From contig JASFLY010000001.1 of NCBI GenBank assembly GCA_050117845.1, positions 256,001 through 320,000 on the forward strand: a DNA stretch of 64,000 bases. The letters are read 5' to 3'. The position numbers were made by a program, and so were the translations under genes. A model generated the notes under the pieces. The model saw nothing but the letters and a program-made list of their open reading frames with translations. It was not told the origin of the DNA and did not search any database. The DNA is from Candidatus Zixiibacteriota bacterium. GTDB lineage: Bacteria > RBG-13-66-14 > B26-G2 > WVWN01. Every line of letters begins with the position of its first letter. The stretch's first letter is position 1. Shown in pieces: positions 37,156-45,733 of the stretch.

Positions 37156-38937
37156 TTAGGACAACACCCCTTCGATCTCGGCTAATACCTGCTCGTTCTT
37201 GAAGTGGCGCTGGTTGGCCGCGCCGGTGGTGCAGGCCGCAACACAAGTTCCGCATCCCTTACATAACGCCTCGTTGACGACGGAAACGCCCTTCTCCTCG
37301 TCGAACGAGATAGCGGTGTACGGGCACAGGCCGATGCAAATCTTGCACCCGCAGCACACGTCCTCATCTATGACCGCCGTAATCGGCTCTATCTCGACGA
37401 GGCCCTTGTCCATCAGCGACAGCGCCTGCGCCGCCGCCGCGGAACCCTGGGCCACCGAGTCCGGAATATCCTTGGGACCCTGACACGCGCCCGCCAGGAA
37501 TACGCCGTCGGTCGTCGTCGATACCGGCGCCAGCTTGGCGTGCTTCTCCTGGAAGAAGCCCTCCGCGCCGCAGCCGATGCCGAAGGTCCGGCGCACGTCC
37601 TCCGCGTCCGGCTGGGGCTCGAGGCCCGTGGCCAGCACGACCATGTCCACCGGTACGCGACGGTACGCGCCGATTAGCGTATCCTCGCAGCAGACGACAA
37701 GCTTGCCCTCTTCCTCCACCCGCTCGGCGACGTTCGTAATCTCGGCGCCGCGGCCCCGGACGAAGTATACGCCTTCCTCGAGCAGGCGGTCGTAGAACTC
37801 CTCGTACCCCTTGCCGAAGGTCCGCATGTCGATGTAGAACTGGTGAACGTCGACGTCGGGGAGGTGTTCCATTATCAGGTGGGCCTGCTTGAGCGAGTAC
37901 ATGCAGCATACCCGCGAGCAGTAGCGGTTGTAGTTTTTATCGCGGGAGCCGACGCAATGGAGAATCGCGATAGAACGCGGGTGGTCGCCGTTCTCCAGGA
38001 GGATATCGCCTTCCGTCACGCCGTCGGCGCGCGTCATCCGCTCGAACTCCATGGAACTGATGACGTTGGGCAGACGGCCGTAACCCAGCTCGACGACGCG
38101 GCCGGGGTCGAAAGTCTTGAACCCGGTCGCGACGATAATCGTCCCGATGTCGAGTTCGACCTCCTCCTCCTGGGCGTCGAGGTTAATGGCCTCCTTGGGG
38201 CAGACGTCCTCGCATACGCGGCAGGCGTCGAGGCCCTTCTCGGCCTGGATGAAGTGGATGCACTCCGAGGTCTCGACGTAGGGCACGTTCGGCACGGCCT
38301 GTTTTATCGGGACCTTTATGGCCGAGTTGGGCGAGAGTTTCAATTCATCGTGAACTACCTCGCGGCCCAGGCGATCGACGGCGGTGATGGCGCCGGTGGG
38401 ACACACCGAAGCGCACGCGCCGCACGAGATGCAGTTGTCCGAGGGCCGGCCGTACGGGGGGGCTACCTCCGCCTCGTGGCCGCGCTGGACGTAACCGATG
38501 GCGTACGCCTTGACGCGCTGCTCGCAAACGCGGACGCAGAGGCCGCAAAGGATGCACTTGTGCGGCTTGTCGTCATCGTGCCCCGCGGCGAAGCGCGAGT
38601 GCTCGACGCCGTACTCCTTCGCCATCTCGTGCAGGACCTCGGCGTCGGGGGCTTGCGCCAAAAGCAGCTCCAGCACCATCCGGCGGGAACGCATGACGTC
38701 CTCGTCGTCGGTGACTACTTCCATACCGTCCGAGGCCGGGAGTACGCACGAGGCCGTCAGCCGGGGCGCCCGGCCGGGCTCGGTCACCTTAACCTGGCAA
38801 ATGCGGCACGACCCGTGGGGCTCGAGGAAATCCACGTGGCATAGCGTGGGAACGTCGAAGCCCGCGGCCCGGCACGCCGCGAGGACGGTAGCGCCCTCTT
38901 CCAGCTCGACCTTTTTGCCGTTAACGGTAACGTTCAT
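37156..38937 (-). CDS. Fusion of NuoG/HydA-like N-terminal Fe-S domains to the C-terminal two-thirds of HdrA
   Basis: PTLCH...CRICQV...ASC ([2Fe-2S]), CILCGLCVRVC, then QAVP, TIIVATG, HCVGSRD..YCSRVCC, GACQGPKDI. Confidence 0.88.
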   Translation of the reverse strand: MNVTVNGKKVELEEGATVLAACRAAGFDVPTLCHVDFLEPHGSCRICQVKVTEPGRAPRLTASCVLPASDGMEVVTDDEDVMRSRRMVLELLLAQAPDAEVLHEMAKEYGVEHSRFAAGHDDDKPHKCILCGLCVRVCEQRVKAYAIGYVQRGHEAEVAPPYGRPSDNCISCGACASVCPTGAITAVDRLGREVVHDELKLSPNSAIKVPIKQAVPNVPYVETSECIHFIQAEKGLDACRVCEDVCPKEAINLDAQEEEVELDIGTIIVATGFKTFDPGRVVELGYGRLPNVISSMEFERMTRADGVTEGDILLENGDHPRSIAILHCVGSRDKNYNRYCSRVCCMYSLKQAHLIMEHLPDVDVHQFYIDMRTFGKGYEEFYDRLLEEGVYFVRGRGAEITNVAERVEEEGKLVVCCEDTLIGAYRRVPVDMVVLATGLEPQPDAEDVRRTFGIGCGAEGFFQEKHAKLAPVSTTTDGVFLAGACQGPKDIPDSVAQGSAAAAQALSLMDKGLVEIEPITAVIDEDVCCGCKICIGLCPYTAISFDEEKGVSVVNEALCKGCGTCVAACTTGAANQRHFKNEQVLAEIEGVLS

Positions 38938-38959
38938 AATGGGACGACTCCTTTAGCCG

Positions 38960-40816
38960 TTATTGACGGGCTATGGCCTCGTAGTTACATACGTCGTAAC
39001 AGGCGGCGCACTTAATGCACTTGGCGGCGTCGAGGACGTGGGGTTGGTCCTTCGTCCCCCTGATGGCGTCCTCGGGGCAAACCTTGACGCACGCCCCGCA
39101 CCCCGTACATTTATCCTTCAATATAGAGTAAGTGACCAGCGCTTTGCATATTCCCGCCGGGCACTTTTTATCCCGAATGTGAGCCTCGTACTCGTGGCGG
39201 AAGAAACGCAAAGTCGAGAGTAGCGGGTTGGGGGCGGTGTTGCCCAGCGCGCACAGCGCCGTTTCCATGACGGTCTGGCCCAACTCCTCCAGGAGTTCGA
39301 TGTCGCCCTCCTGGCCCTCGCCCTTCGTTATCCGCTCGCAGATGTCGTGCATCTGCTTTACGCCCTCGCGGCAGGAGGTGCACTTGCCGCAGGACTCCTC
39401 CTGCAAAAAGTCGAGGAAGTAACGCGCGACCTCGACCATGCAGGTGTCGTTGTCCATGACGATCATGCCGCCGGACCCCATCATCGATCCGGCCTTCGTC
39501 AACTCGTCGAAGTCCACCGGGATGTCGAGTTCGGACTCGGGCAGGCAGCCGCCGGACGGGCCGCCGGTCTGCACCGCCTTGAACGTCTTCTTCTTGGGAA
39601 TCCCGCCGCCGATGTCGAAGACCACCTCGCGCATCGTTATGCCCATCGGGACCTCGACCAGGCCGGTATTGTTGACGTTGCCGACCAGCGAGAAGACCTT
39701 CGTGCCCTTGCTCCCCTCGGTGCCGATGCCGGCGAACCAGTCGGCGCCGCGGTCGATTATGACCGGGACGTTGGCCCACGTCTCGACGTTGTTGATGATG
39801 GTCGGTTTGCCGAAGAGGCCCTTCTCGGCCGGGTAGGGGGGACGGGGCCGCGGCATGCCGCGCCGGCCTTCGATGGAGGCCAGAAGCGCCGTCTCCTCGC
39901 CGCAGACGAAAGCCCCCGCGCCGCGGTTTATCTTGACGTCGAAGCTGAAGCCCGAGCCCATGATATTCTCGCCCAAAAGGCCCGCCTCGCGCAAGTTGTC
40001 GAGCATTATCGTGAGGTTGTCCACGGCCAGCGGGTACTCCCGCCGCACGTAGACGTACGCCTGGTGCGCGCCGATGGCGAACGCGCCGATGGTCATCCCC
40101 TCGATGACGCGGCCGGGGTTCCCTTCCAGGATACTCCGGTCCATAAACGCGCCCGGGTCGCCCTCGTCGGCGTTGCATATAATATACTTCTCGTCGCCGG
40201 CGACGCCCCGGCAGATTTCCCATTTCCTGCCGGTGGGGAACCCGCCGCCGCCGCGGCCTCGGAGGCCCGATTTCAGGACTTCGCTTATAACGTCCTCGGG
40301 CGACATGCCGCCGAGCACCTTGGCCAGCGCTTTATATCCGCCCACCGCCAGGTAATCCTCCAGGCTACGCGGGTCTATAAAGCCGTTGTCCGAAAGGACG
40401 ATGCGCTGTTGGCCGCGGTAGAAGGCGATGTCGTCCTCGGCCTTTATCTTTTCCTTGGTGACCGGGTCGCGATAAAGCAGGCGCTCTATTATCTCGCCGT
40501 TGCGCACCGTCTTCTCGATGATGTCCGGCACGTCCTTGGGCTTCACCCGGCGGTAGAAGATGTTCATGGGCCGGATGACGACCATGGGCCCCTGCTCGCA
40601 GAAGCCGTGACAGCCCGTGGCGCGGAACTCTATGGAGTCCTTGAGGCCGTTCTTCTCCAGCTCGCTGATAAACGCCAAGGCGACGGCGGGGCTGCCGTTG
40701 GCCGAACAGCCGGTCCCGGCGCAGAGCGAGATAGAGGTCTTGTCGGTCCCGCGGCCCGCGAGGATTTCCGCTCGCGCCGCTTCCAACTCATCGGGAGTTT
40801 TGACCGAGATCGTCAT
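38960..40816 (-). CDS. NuoF/HydB/HoxF-like FMN-NAD(H) subunit
   Basis: N-terminal [2Fe-2S] CAGTGC, GRGGGGFPTG, NADEGDPGA, GAGAFVCGEET, ESCGKCTSCREG, C-terminal 2x[4Fe-4S]. Confidence 0.92.
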   Translation of the reverse strand: MTISVKTPDELEAARAEILAGRGTDKTSISLCAGTGCSANGSPAVALAFISELEKNGLKDSIEFRATGCHGFCEQGPMVVIRPMNIFYRRVKPKDVPDIIEKTVRNGEIIERLLYRDPVTKEKIKAEDDIAFYRGQQRIVLSDNGFIDPRSLEDYLAVGGYKALAKVLGGMSPEDVISEVLKSGLRGRGGGGFPTGRKWEICRGVAGDEKYIICNADEGDPGAFMDRSILEGNPGRVIEGMTIGAFAIGAHQAYVYVRREYPLAVDNLTIMLDNLREAGLLGENIMGSGFSFDVKINRGAGAFVCGEETALLASIEGRRGMPRPRPPYPAEKGLFGKPTIINNVETWANVPVIIDRGADWFAGIGTEGSKGTKVFSLVGNVNNTGLVEVPMGITMREVVFDIGGGIPKKKTFKAVQTGGPSGGCLPESELDIPVDFDELTKAGSMMGSGGMIVMDNDTCMVEVARYFLDFLQEESCGKCTSCREGVKQMHDICERITKGEGQEGDIELLEELGQTVMETALCALGNTAPNPLLSTLRFFRHEYEAHIRDKKCPAGICKALVTYSILKDKCTGCGACVKVCPEDAIRGTKDQPHVLDAAKCIKCAACYDVCNYEAIARQ

Positions 40817-41310
40817 GCCGCTTTAACCTCCTCGGCTGCGCTGGCCGCTTCCTTCTTCAAATCCGCTACGAGAGCGGCCGCCTTGCTGGTCGTCAGATGG
40901 CCGTGGTATTCTTCGTTTATGATGATAACGGGACCCAAAGCGCAAGCGCCGACGCAGTGAACGCTCTCGATGGAGAAGTTGCCGTCGACGGAGGTCTCGC
41001 CCGGCACCACGCCCACGTCTTCCACGATCCGCTCCAGGATTCCCTGGGCGCCCCGTACGATGCAGGCCGTGCCGGTGCACACCTTGATGTGAAACCGCCC
41101 CTGGGGCGAACCGGAAAAAGCGTTGTAAAACGTAGAGAGACCCAAAAGGCGCTCCAGCGGCACGTTCAACCGTTCGGAGGCCATGATGAGAACGTTCTCC
41201 GGAACGTAGTTGAACTCGTCCTGGATATCCAACAGGAGCTCCACCAGACTTACGTCCCTTTGCCGGAAGTTCTCTACAAGCGTCTCGGCCCGTTCCATGT
41301 CTATAGCCAT
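40813..41310 (-). CDS. NuoE/HydC-like [2Fe-2S] subunit
   Basis: TFYNAF, VCTGTACIVRG, CVGACALGP. Confidence 0.92.
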   Translation of the reverse strand: MAIDMERAETLVENFRQRDVSLVELLLDIQDEFNYVPENVLIMASERLNVPLERLLGLSTFYNAFSGSPQGRFHIKVCTGTACIVRGAQGILERIVEDVGVVPGETSVDGNFSIESVHCVGACALGPVIIINEEYHGHLTTSKAAALVADLKKEAASAAEEVKAA

Positions 41311-41350
41311 ATCGTATCCTCCCGCAACCGCGGTGTTGGCCTGCCGCGAA

Positions 41351-42253
41351 CTACTCGCCGGCCGCGGCCCGGATTTTTTCCTTCTCTTCGAGTTTCTTGG
41401 CCTTGATAGTAGTGCCCTCTATCGCGACGATGAGTTTGGACGGGTACGGGATGCGCGGGCATTTCTCCATGCAGTCGCCGCAGCTGTTGCATTTCTCTAT
41501 GTCCACCCGCCGCGCCTTCTTCTTGACGGTGACCTTGAAGTTGCCCACGAAGCCGTCAACCTTCGTGACCTCGGAGTAGGTCAAAAGCTCGATGTTGGGG
41601 TGCACGCCGACGTCCACCATCTTGGGCGTCAGGATGCAGGCCGCGCAGTCGAGCGTCGGGAAGGTCTTGTCGAACTCCGACATGTGGCCGCCGACGCTGG
41701 CCTCGCGCTCCACGAGGAACACCTTCTTCCCCGAGTCCGCGATGTCCAGGGCCGCCTGGATGCCGGCGATGCCGGCGCCCACGACGAGCGCCGTCGGCTT
41801 GACCTCCACCACCGTGGGGGTCAGCGGTTCCTGCAGCGCCACCCGCCGAATCTCGCCGCGGATAAGCTGCTTGGCCTTTTCGGTGGCCAGCTTCTTGTCC
41901 GTCGAAACCCAGGAGACGTGCTCGCGGATGTTGGCCATCGCGAACAGGTAGGGGTTGAGGCCCGCTTCCGCGCAGGTCCGCCGGAACGTCCGTTCGTGCA
42001 TCAGGGGCGAGCACGAGGCGACGACGACGCGGTTCAGGTTGTGCTTCCGCACGTCCTCCCGGATGAGGTCCTGGCCGGGGTCGGAGCACATGAACTGGTA
42101 CTCCTGAGCCACCACGACGTTCGGCATCGTGGACGCCTCCCGCACCACTTCCGGGACGTCGACCATCCCCAGGATGTTATGCCCGCAGTGGCATACGAAT
42201 ACGCCGATCCTGGGCTCTTCGTTCTCGCCGGTTTGGGTTAACTCTTCCGCCAC
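41351..42253 (-). CDS. hdrA: HdrA N-terminal part (split hdrA)
   Basis: IGVFVCHCG.NI, SCSP, NIREH.SW, VGAGIAG, DKTFPTLDCAACILTP. Ends after one CxxCxxCxxxCP motif. Confidence 0.88.
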   Translation of the reverse strand: MAEELTQTGENEEPRIGVFVCHCGHNILGMVDVPEVVREASTMPNVVVAQEYQFMCSDPGQDLIREDVRKHNLNRVVVASCSPLMHERTFRRTCAEAGLNPYLFAMANIREHVSWVSTDKKLATEKAKQLIRGEIRRVALQEPLTPTVVEVKPTALVVGAGIAGIQAALDIADSGKKVFLVEREASVGGHMSEFDKTFPTLDCAACILTPKMVDVGVHPNIELLTYSEVTKVDGFVGNFKVTVKKKARRVDIEKCNSCGDCMEKCPRIPYPSKLIVAIEGTTIKAKKLEEKEKIRAAAGE

Positions 42254-42269
42254 GGTATTTACCTCCGGC

Positions 42270-43151
42270 TTAAATTATTTTCGCCAACAAGGCGTCGGCG
42301 GATACCCGATGTTTTTTCAAGTCGAGTTCTTCGGGCGATAGACCCAACGCGAGCCCGACGACCTGGGTGAAATATAAAATCGGTATATCGAATTCCTCGT
42401 TCCAGTACTCGCCCGCTTCCTTCTGGAAGTTGTCGAGGTTGAACTGGCACAACGGGCAGCAAGTAACGATGGCGTCGGCGCCGCCGGCCTTCGCGGTCTT
42501 GAGCAGAAGGCCGATCATCCGGGCCGCTATCTCGGGCTGGGTGGTGATGAAGGTCCCGGCGCAGCACTTGGTCTTGACCGGATAATACGCCACCTGGGAA
42601 CCGAGGAGCTTGAGGTAGTCGTCGAACTTGTGGGGCTGTTCCGGCTCGTCGAAGTCGTTCTTGGGCCGGACTATCTGGCAGCCGTAGTACGGCGCCAGCG
42701 TCGCCATACCGAGGTCCTTGACTATCTTGTCCTGGAGCACTTCCGGCGGCACGTCGTTGATGTAGACGTCGAGGAGGTGCCGTACCCGGGCGCGGCTTTC
42801 GTAGTGGTACCCCGCCGCTTCCAGCGCCGTGTTGACGCACTCGCGCAACTTGGGGTCCTCGGCCATGTAGTGCACGGCGTTGTTGAGGACCGCGAAACAG
42901 GCGCTGCACGGCGCCGTGATGTCCACCTTGCCGTTCCCCGAATCGCGCTCGGCGATGGCGAGGTTGCGGCTCGCGACCGAGAACGCCTCGACGTGGTCGT
43001 ACGACATATAAGCGGTCGCGCCGCAGCAGTTCCAATCCTCTATCTCCTGCAACTCGACGCCCAACAGCGGGGCCGTCAGCTCGACCGACGTGCGGTAAGG
43101 TTTGCCGGTCGAGTCCAGGGAACATCCGGGGTAGTAAGCGTATTTTGTCAT
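42270..43151 (-). CDS. hdrB: Heterodisulfide reductase subunit B
   Basis: YYPGCS, WNCCGA, PCSAC, YYGC, KCCAG, CPLCQFNLD (CCG domains). Confidence 0.93.
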   Translation of the reverse strand: MTKYAYYPGCSLDSTGKPYRTSVELTAPLLGVELQEIEDWNCCGATAYMSYDHVEAFSVASRNLAIAERDSGNGKVDITAPCSACFAVLNNAVHYMAEDPKLRECVNTALEAAGYHYESRARVRHLLDVYINDVPPEVLQDKIVKDLGMATLAPYYGCQIVRPKNDFDEPEQPHKFDDYLKLLGSQVAYYPVKTKCCAGTFITTQPEIAARMIGLLLKTAKAGGADAIVTCCPLCQFNLDNFQKEAGEYWNEEFDIPILYFTQVVGLALGLSPEELDLKKHRVSADALLAKII

Positions 43152-43738
43152 GACCGCATCGCCGCCCCTTCACGACACTTATCGGTGATCTTGCGGACGT
43201 CGTCCGTACTCTTCGACTTTTTGGGGATAAGCTCCAAACGGCCGGTGGTGAACAGGCTGAGCCCCATGCCGGTGTACTTGAGCGCCGAGAAGATGTTCGT
43301 GGACAGGAAATATTTAACGAGGAGCCACATCTCGTTGCTGCGGCCGAGCCAACGGACGTTACCGGCGAACTTCTTGGCCAATACCTGCGCCCGCCGCGAG
43401 GCCGGATTCTCGTAGCCTTCGCGCATCGCCATTTGCTTGAGTTTGTAGAAGAAGTCGGTGAGCTTGATTTCCTTGGGGCACTTCACGTAGCAGGAATAGC
43501 ACGAGGCGCACATCCAGATCATGTTGCTCGCCAATACCTGTTCCCGGTATCCGGCCCGAATAAGCGCCATTATCTGGCGGGGAGAGTAGTCCATGTCGCG
43601 CGCCGTGGGGCAGGCGCCCGAACAGGTCCCGCACTGGATGCAAGCGCCTACGGCCTCCCCGCCGGGCATCGCGAGGATCTCCTTCAGAAAATCCGGGTCC
43701 GGCGTCTCGCGCCAAATCGCTTTGCTTGTATCGGCCAT
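43148..43738 (-). CDS. hdrC: Heterodisulfide reductase subunit C
   Basis: CIQCGTCSGACP, WMCASCYSCYVKCP. Confidence 0.93.
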   Translation of the reverse strand: MADTSKAIWRETPDPDFLKEILAMPGGEAVGACIQCGTCSGACPTARDMDYSPRQIMALIRAGYREQVLASNMIWMCASCYSCYVKCPKEIKLTDFFYKLKQMAMREGYENPASRRAQVLAKKFAGNVRWLGRSNEMWLLVKYFLSTNIFSALKYTGMGLSLFTTGRLELIPKKSKSTDDVRKITDKCREGAAMRS

Positions 43739-43868
43739 ATGGCCTCCTCTGATGATTTAACGAACCGTATTCCCTTTCAGGCCTGCCGCACGTTCACACC
43801 CGGCGCGGCGTCCGACCGGTGCGGCTGGACGCCGTACAAATAAAGAAGCCGGGGTTGATCCGTTATTA

Positions 43869-44375
43869 TTACTCCCCACCTAACAATATCGCGAATTCGA
43901 CCGTAGTGCCTTCTCCGACAACGGAAGTTATTTTCAAGTAATCCGAGTTCTCTCTTATATTGGGGAGTCCCAGGCCGGCCCCGAAGCCCATCTCGCGCAC
44001 TTCCGGCGTCGCCGTCGTCCAGCCCGGTTGCATCGCCTGTTCTACGTCCGGTATCCCGGGGCCCCGGTCCCGCACGACGACGTAAATACAGAGCGGCGAT
44101 ATGCGGGCCGTTATCGTCCCCTCATCGGCGTATACCGTAACGTTTACTTCGGCTTCGAAACAGGCGACCGCTATACTGCGTACTATCTTGGGCGGAATGG
44201 CGAGTTTCTTTATGACTTTCTTTATCTCGCTCGCCCCGGCGCCCACTCCGCTGAAATCCCGCCCCACGATTTTATGGGTTACTTCCAGCGCCTCGCTGGC
44301 CGGCCCCCGCCCGCACTCCTCTATCTTCTGCGGGTCAATGCCTTCCTTTTTCCAGATGAATTCGCGCCGGCCCAT
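43869..44375 (-). CDS. GHKL/anti-sigma-type Ser/Thr kinase (HATPase_c)
   Basis: EAEVN, DRGPGI, GFGAGLGLPNI, GEGT. Confidence 0.85.
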   Translation of the reverse strand: MGRREFIWKKEGIDPQKIEECGRGPASEALEVTHKIVGRDFSGVGAGASEIKKVIKKLAIPPKIVRSIAVACFEAEVNVTVYADEGTITARISPLCIYVVVRDRGPGIPDVEQAMQPGWTTATPEVREMGFGAGLGLPNIRENSDYLKITSVVGEGTTVEFAILLGGE

Positions 44376-44384
44376 ACGCCCCGA

Positions 44385-44759
44385 TTACTGGGGAGGACTC
44401 GGGGGCGAATAAACGCCGCTCTTGGCTCCCAGGGCGTAAACCAAACCGGACGCTTCGAACATCGTCTTCGCCGAGCGCAAAATCGGTATACCCATATCCC
44501 GGACACCCTCCACCAGCTCCGGATCGGGCACCTTATCCCGGACGAAACATATCCCGGCCAGGTCCAGCATGTCCGCGGCGCGGAGTATCTGGATCTTCGC
44601 GAGGCCGGTTATAAGGAAGGAAGCATCGTCCCGACAGCACAGTATATCACTAACGAGGTCGGACGCTATGACGACGCCGACCTCGCGGTCCAATAAATCT
44701 TCGCCGGCTAAAACTTCGGCTTCTAATGCTTCTACGATATCGCGGATAGTAACGGTCAA
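44385..44759 (-). CDS. DRTGG-domain protein
   Basis: ASDLVSDIL, LITGL, FVRDK, MFEASG. Typical partner of the adjacent kinase. Confidence 0.82.
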   Translation of the reverse strand: MTVTIRDIVEALEAEVLAGEDLLDREVGVVIASDLVSDILCCRDDASFLITGLAKIQILRAADMLDLAGICFVRDKVPDPELVEGVRDMGIPILRSAKTMFEASGLVYALGAKSGVYSPPSPPQ

Positions 44760-44883
44760 CAGCGGGGACCTCGGCTTATGGGGAGTAGACTATTTGCAAT
44801 ATTTTTCACAGAGTTGAGTATTACCAATGCTTAAAAAAGTGTTACTCGTTACTATTCACTGTAAGGGGGAGAATTGGGAGGAA

Positions 44884-44912
44884 AGTTTAAAAGATGGATA
44901 TTCAAATGTCAA
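44884..44912 (-). promoter_or_regulatory. Sigma70 promoter of the hdr/mvh cluster
   Basis: Minus strand reads TTGACA-17 nt-TAAACT. Confidence 0.75.
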
Positions 44913-44955
44913 GGGTTTTTTTCCCGAAGGCCAAGCGACATATTACTTCCTAATT

Positions 44956-45219
44956 GCGAAGCGGCGGGCTTTAAGCCCGCCGCTATTTTATACGCGAAAG
45001 CCCGGCCCGTGGCGAACGAGACCCGGCGTAAACACGCACGTGAAAAGGCCTAAACCCGAAGCCGAAGTCCCGTTGGCTGCCTACCGTCTTCGCCGTCGCC
45101 CCACGACCTTCTTCGACGTTCGCCGTTATCTCCCATTAATACGGCGTTCCTTCGCGCCGATTGTCACCGCGGACCTCCCCTATTAACTCGCGACCGGCGG
45201 CGGCCTTTAAGGCCGCCGC
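44956..45219. repeat. Two REP-like palindromes
   Basis: AGCGGCGGGCTTTAAGCCCGCCGCT at 44960-44984 and GCGGCGGCCTTTAAGGCCGCCGC at 45197-45219. Confidence 0.7.
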
Positions 45220-45359
45220 TCCACGGTCGATAACGCGTCCCACGGCTCACCCGGAATACGACGCCGTCGCGCCGATAGCCGCGTCTTTAACCTTGCGCCG
45301 CCCCTTCGGCCTCGGTATACTTAAACCGGTTCACACTTCCGGTATTGGAGGAGGCACAC

Positions 45360-45635
45360 ATGACACGCGTAATAGTAATAGTTTTAATTCTCGCGACGGC
45401 CGCGGCCGCCCTGCCCGGCCCCGCCGAGGACGGTTGATGCGAGTCGGACACCGGCGAGGTGATCCGTTACGTCGGCCTGGCCGCAGTCGTCGGCGTGGGC
45501 GTTTTAATCGCGTATCTTCTATCCCGCCAGGGAACCCCCGAACCCGAGGCCGAGGAACCCGAAGAAGCGGTCCCGCCGGAAGAGACGGCCCCCGACCCCC
45601 AGGACGCGCCGCCCCCCGGGAACGAGAACGAATGA
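45360..45635 (+). CDS. Unannotated small membrane protein with in-frame TGA (candidate selenoprotein, UC motif)
   Basis: GGAGGAGG ribosome-binding site. Translation: MTRVIVIVLILATAAAALPGPAEDG-TGA-CESDTGEVIRYVGLAAVVGVGVLIAYLLSRQGTPEPEAEEPEEAVPPEETAPDPQDAPPPGNENE. A hairpin follows the TGA. Confidence 0.6.
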
Positions 45636-45733
45636 CCCATACGGTTTTAACCCGGAGAAAACCGGCCGGTACTCCCGGCCGGTTCCACTATAATACCCGA
45701 GACGAAATCCGTTTCGGTTACGATTAAAAATTA

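Noticed and set aside
38960..41310. Respiratory complex I (nuo) operon or an [FeFe] hydrogenase
   Set aside because: There are no membrane Nuo subunits, and the NuoG/HydA-like protein lacks both H-cluster and molybdopterin domains.
41351..42253. Truncated hdrA pseudogene
   Set aside because: The missing part is present and intact in the fusion at 37156-38937.
45161..45727. 188-aa ORF from the track
   Set aside because: Low-complexity Arg/Pro sequence with no ribosome-binding site. The other-frame ORF at 45360-45635 has a strong site and a coherent topology.
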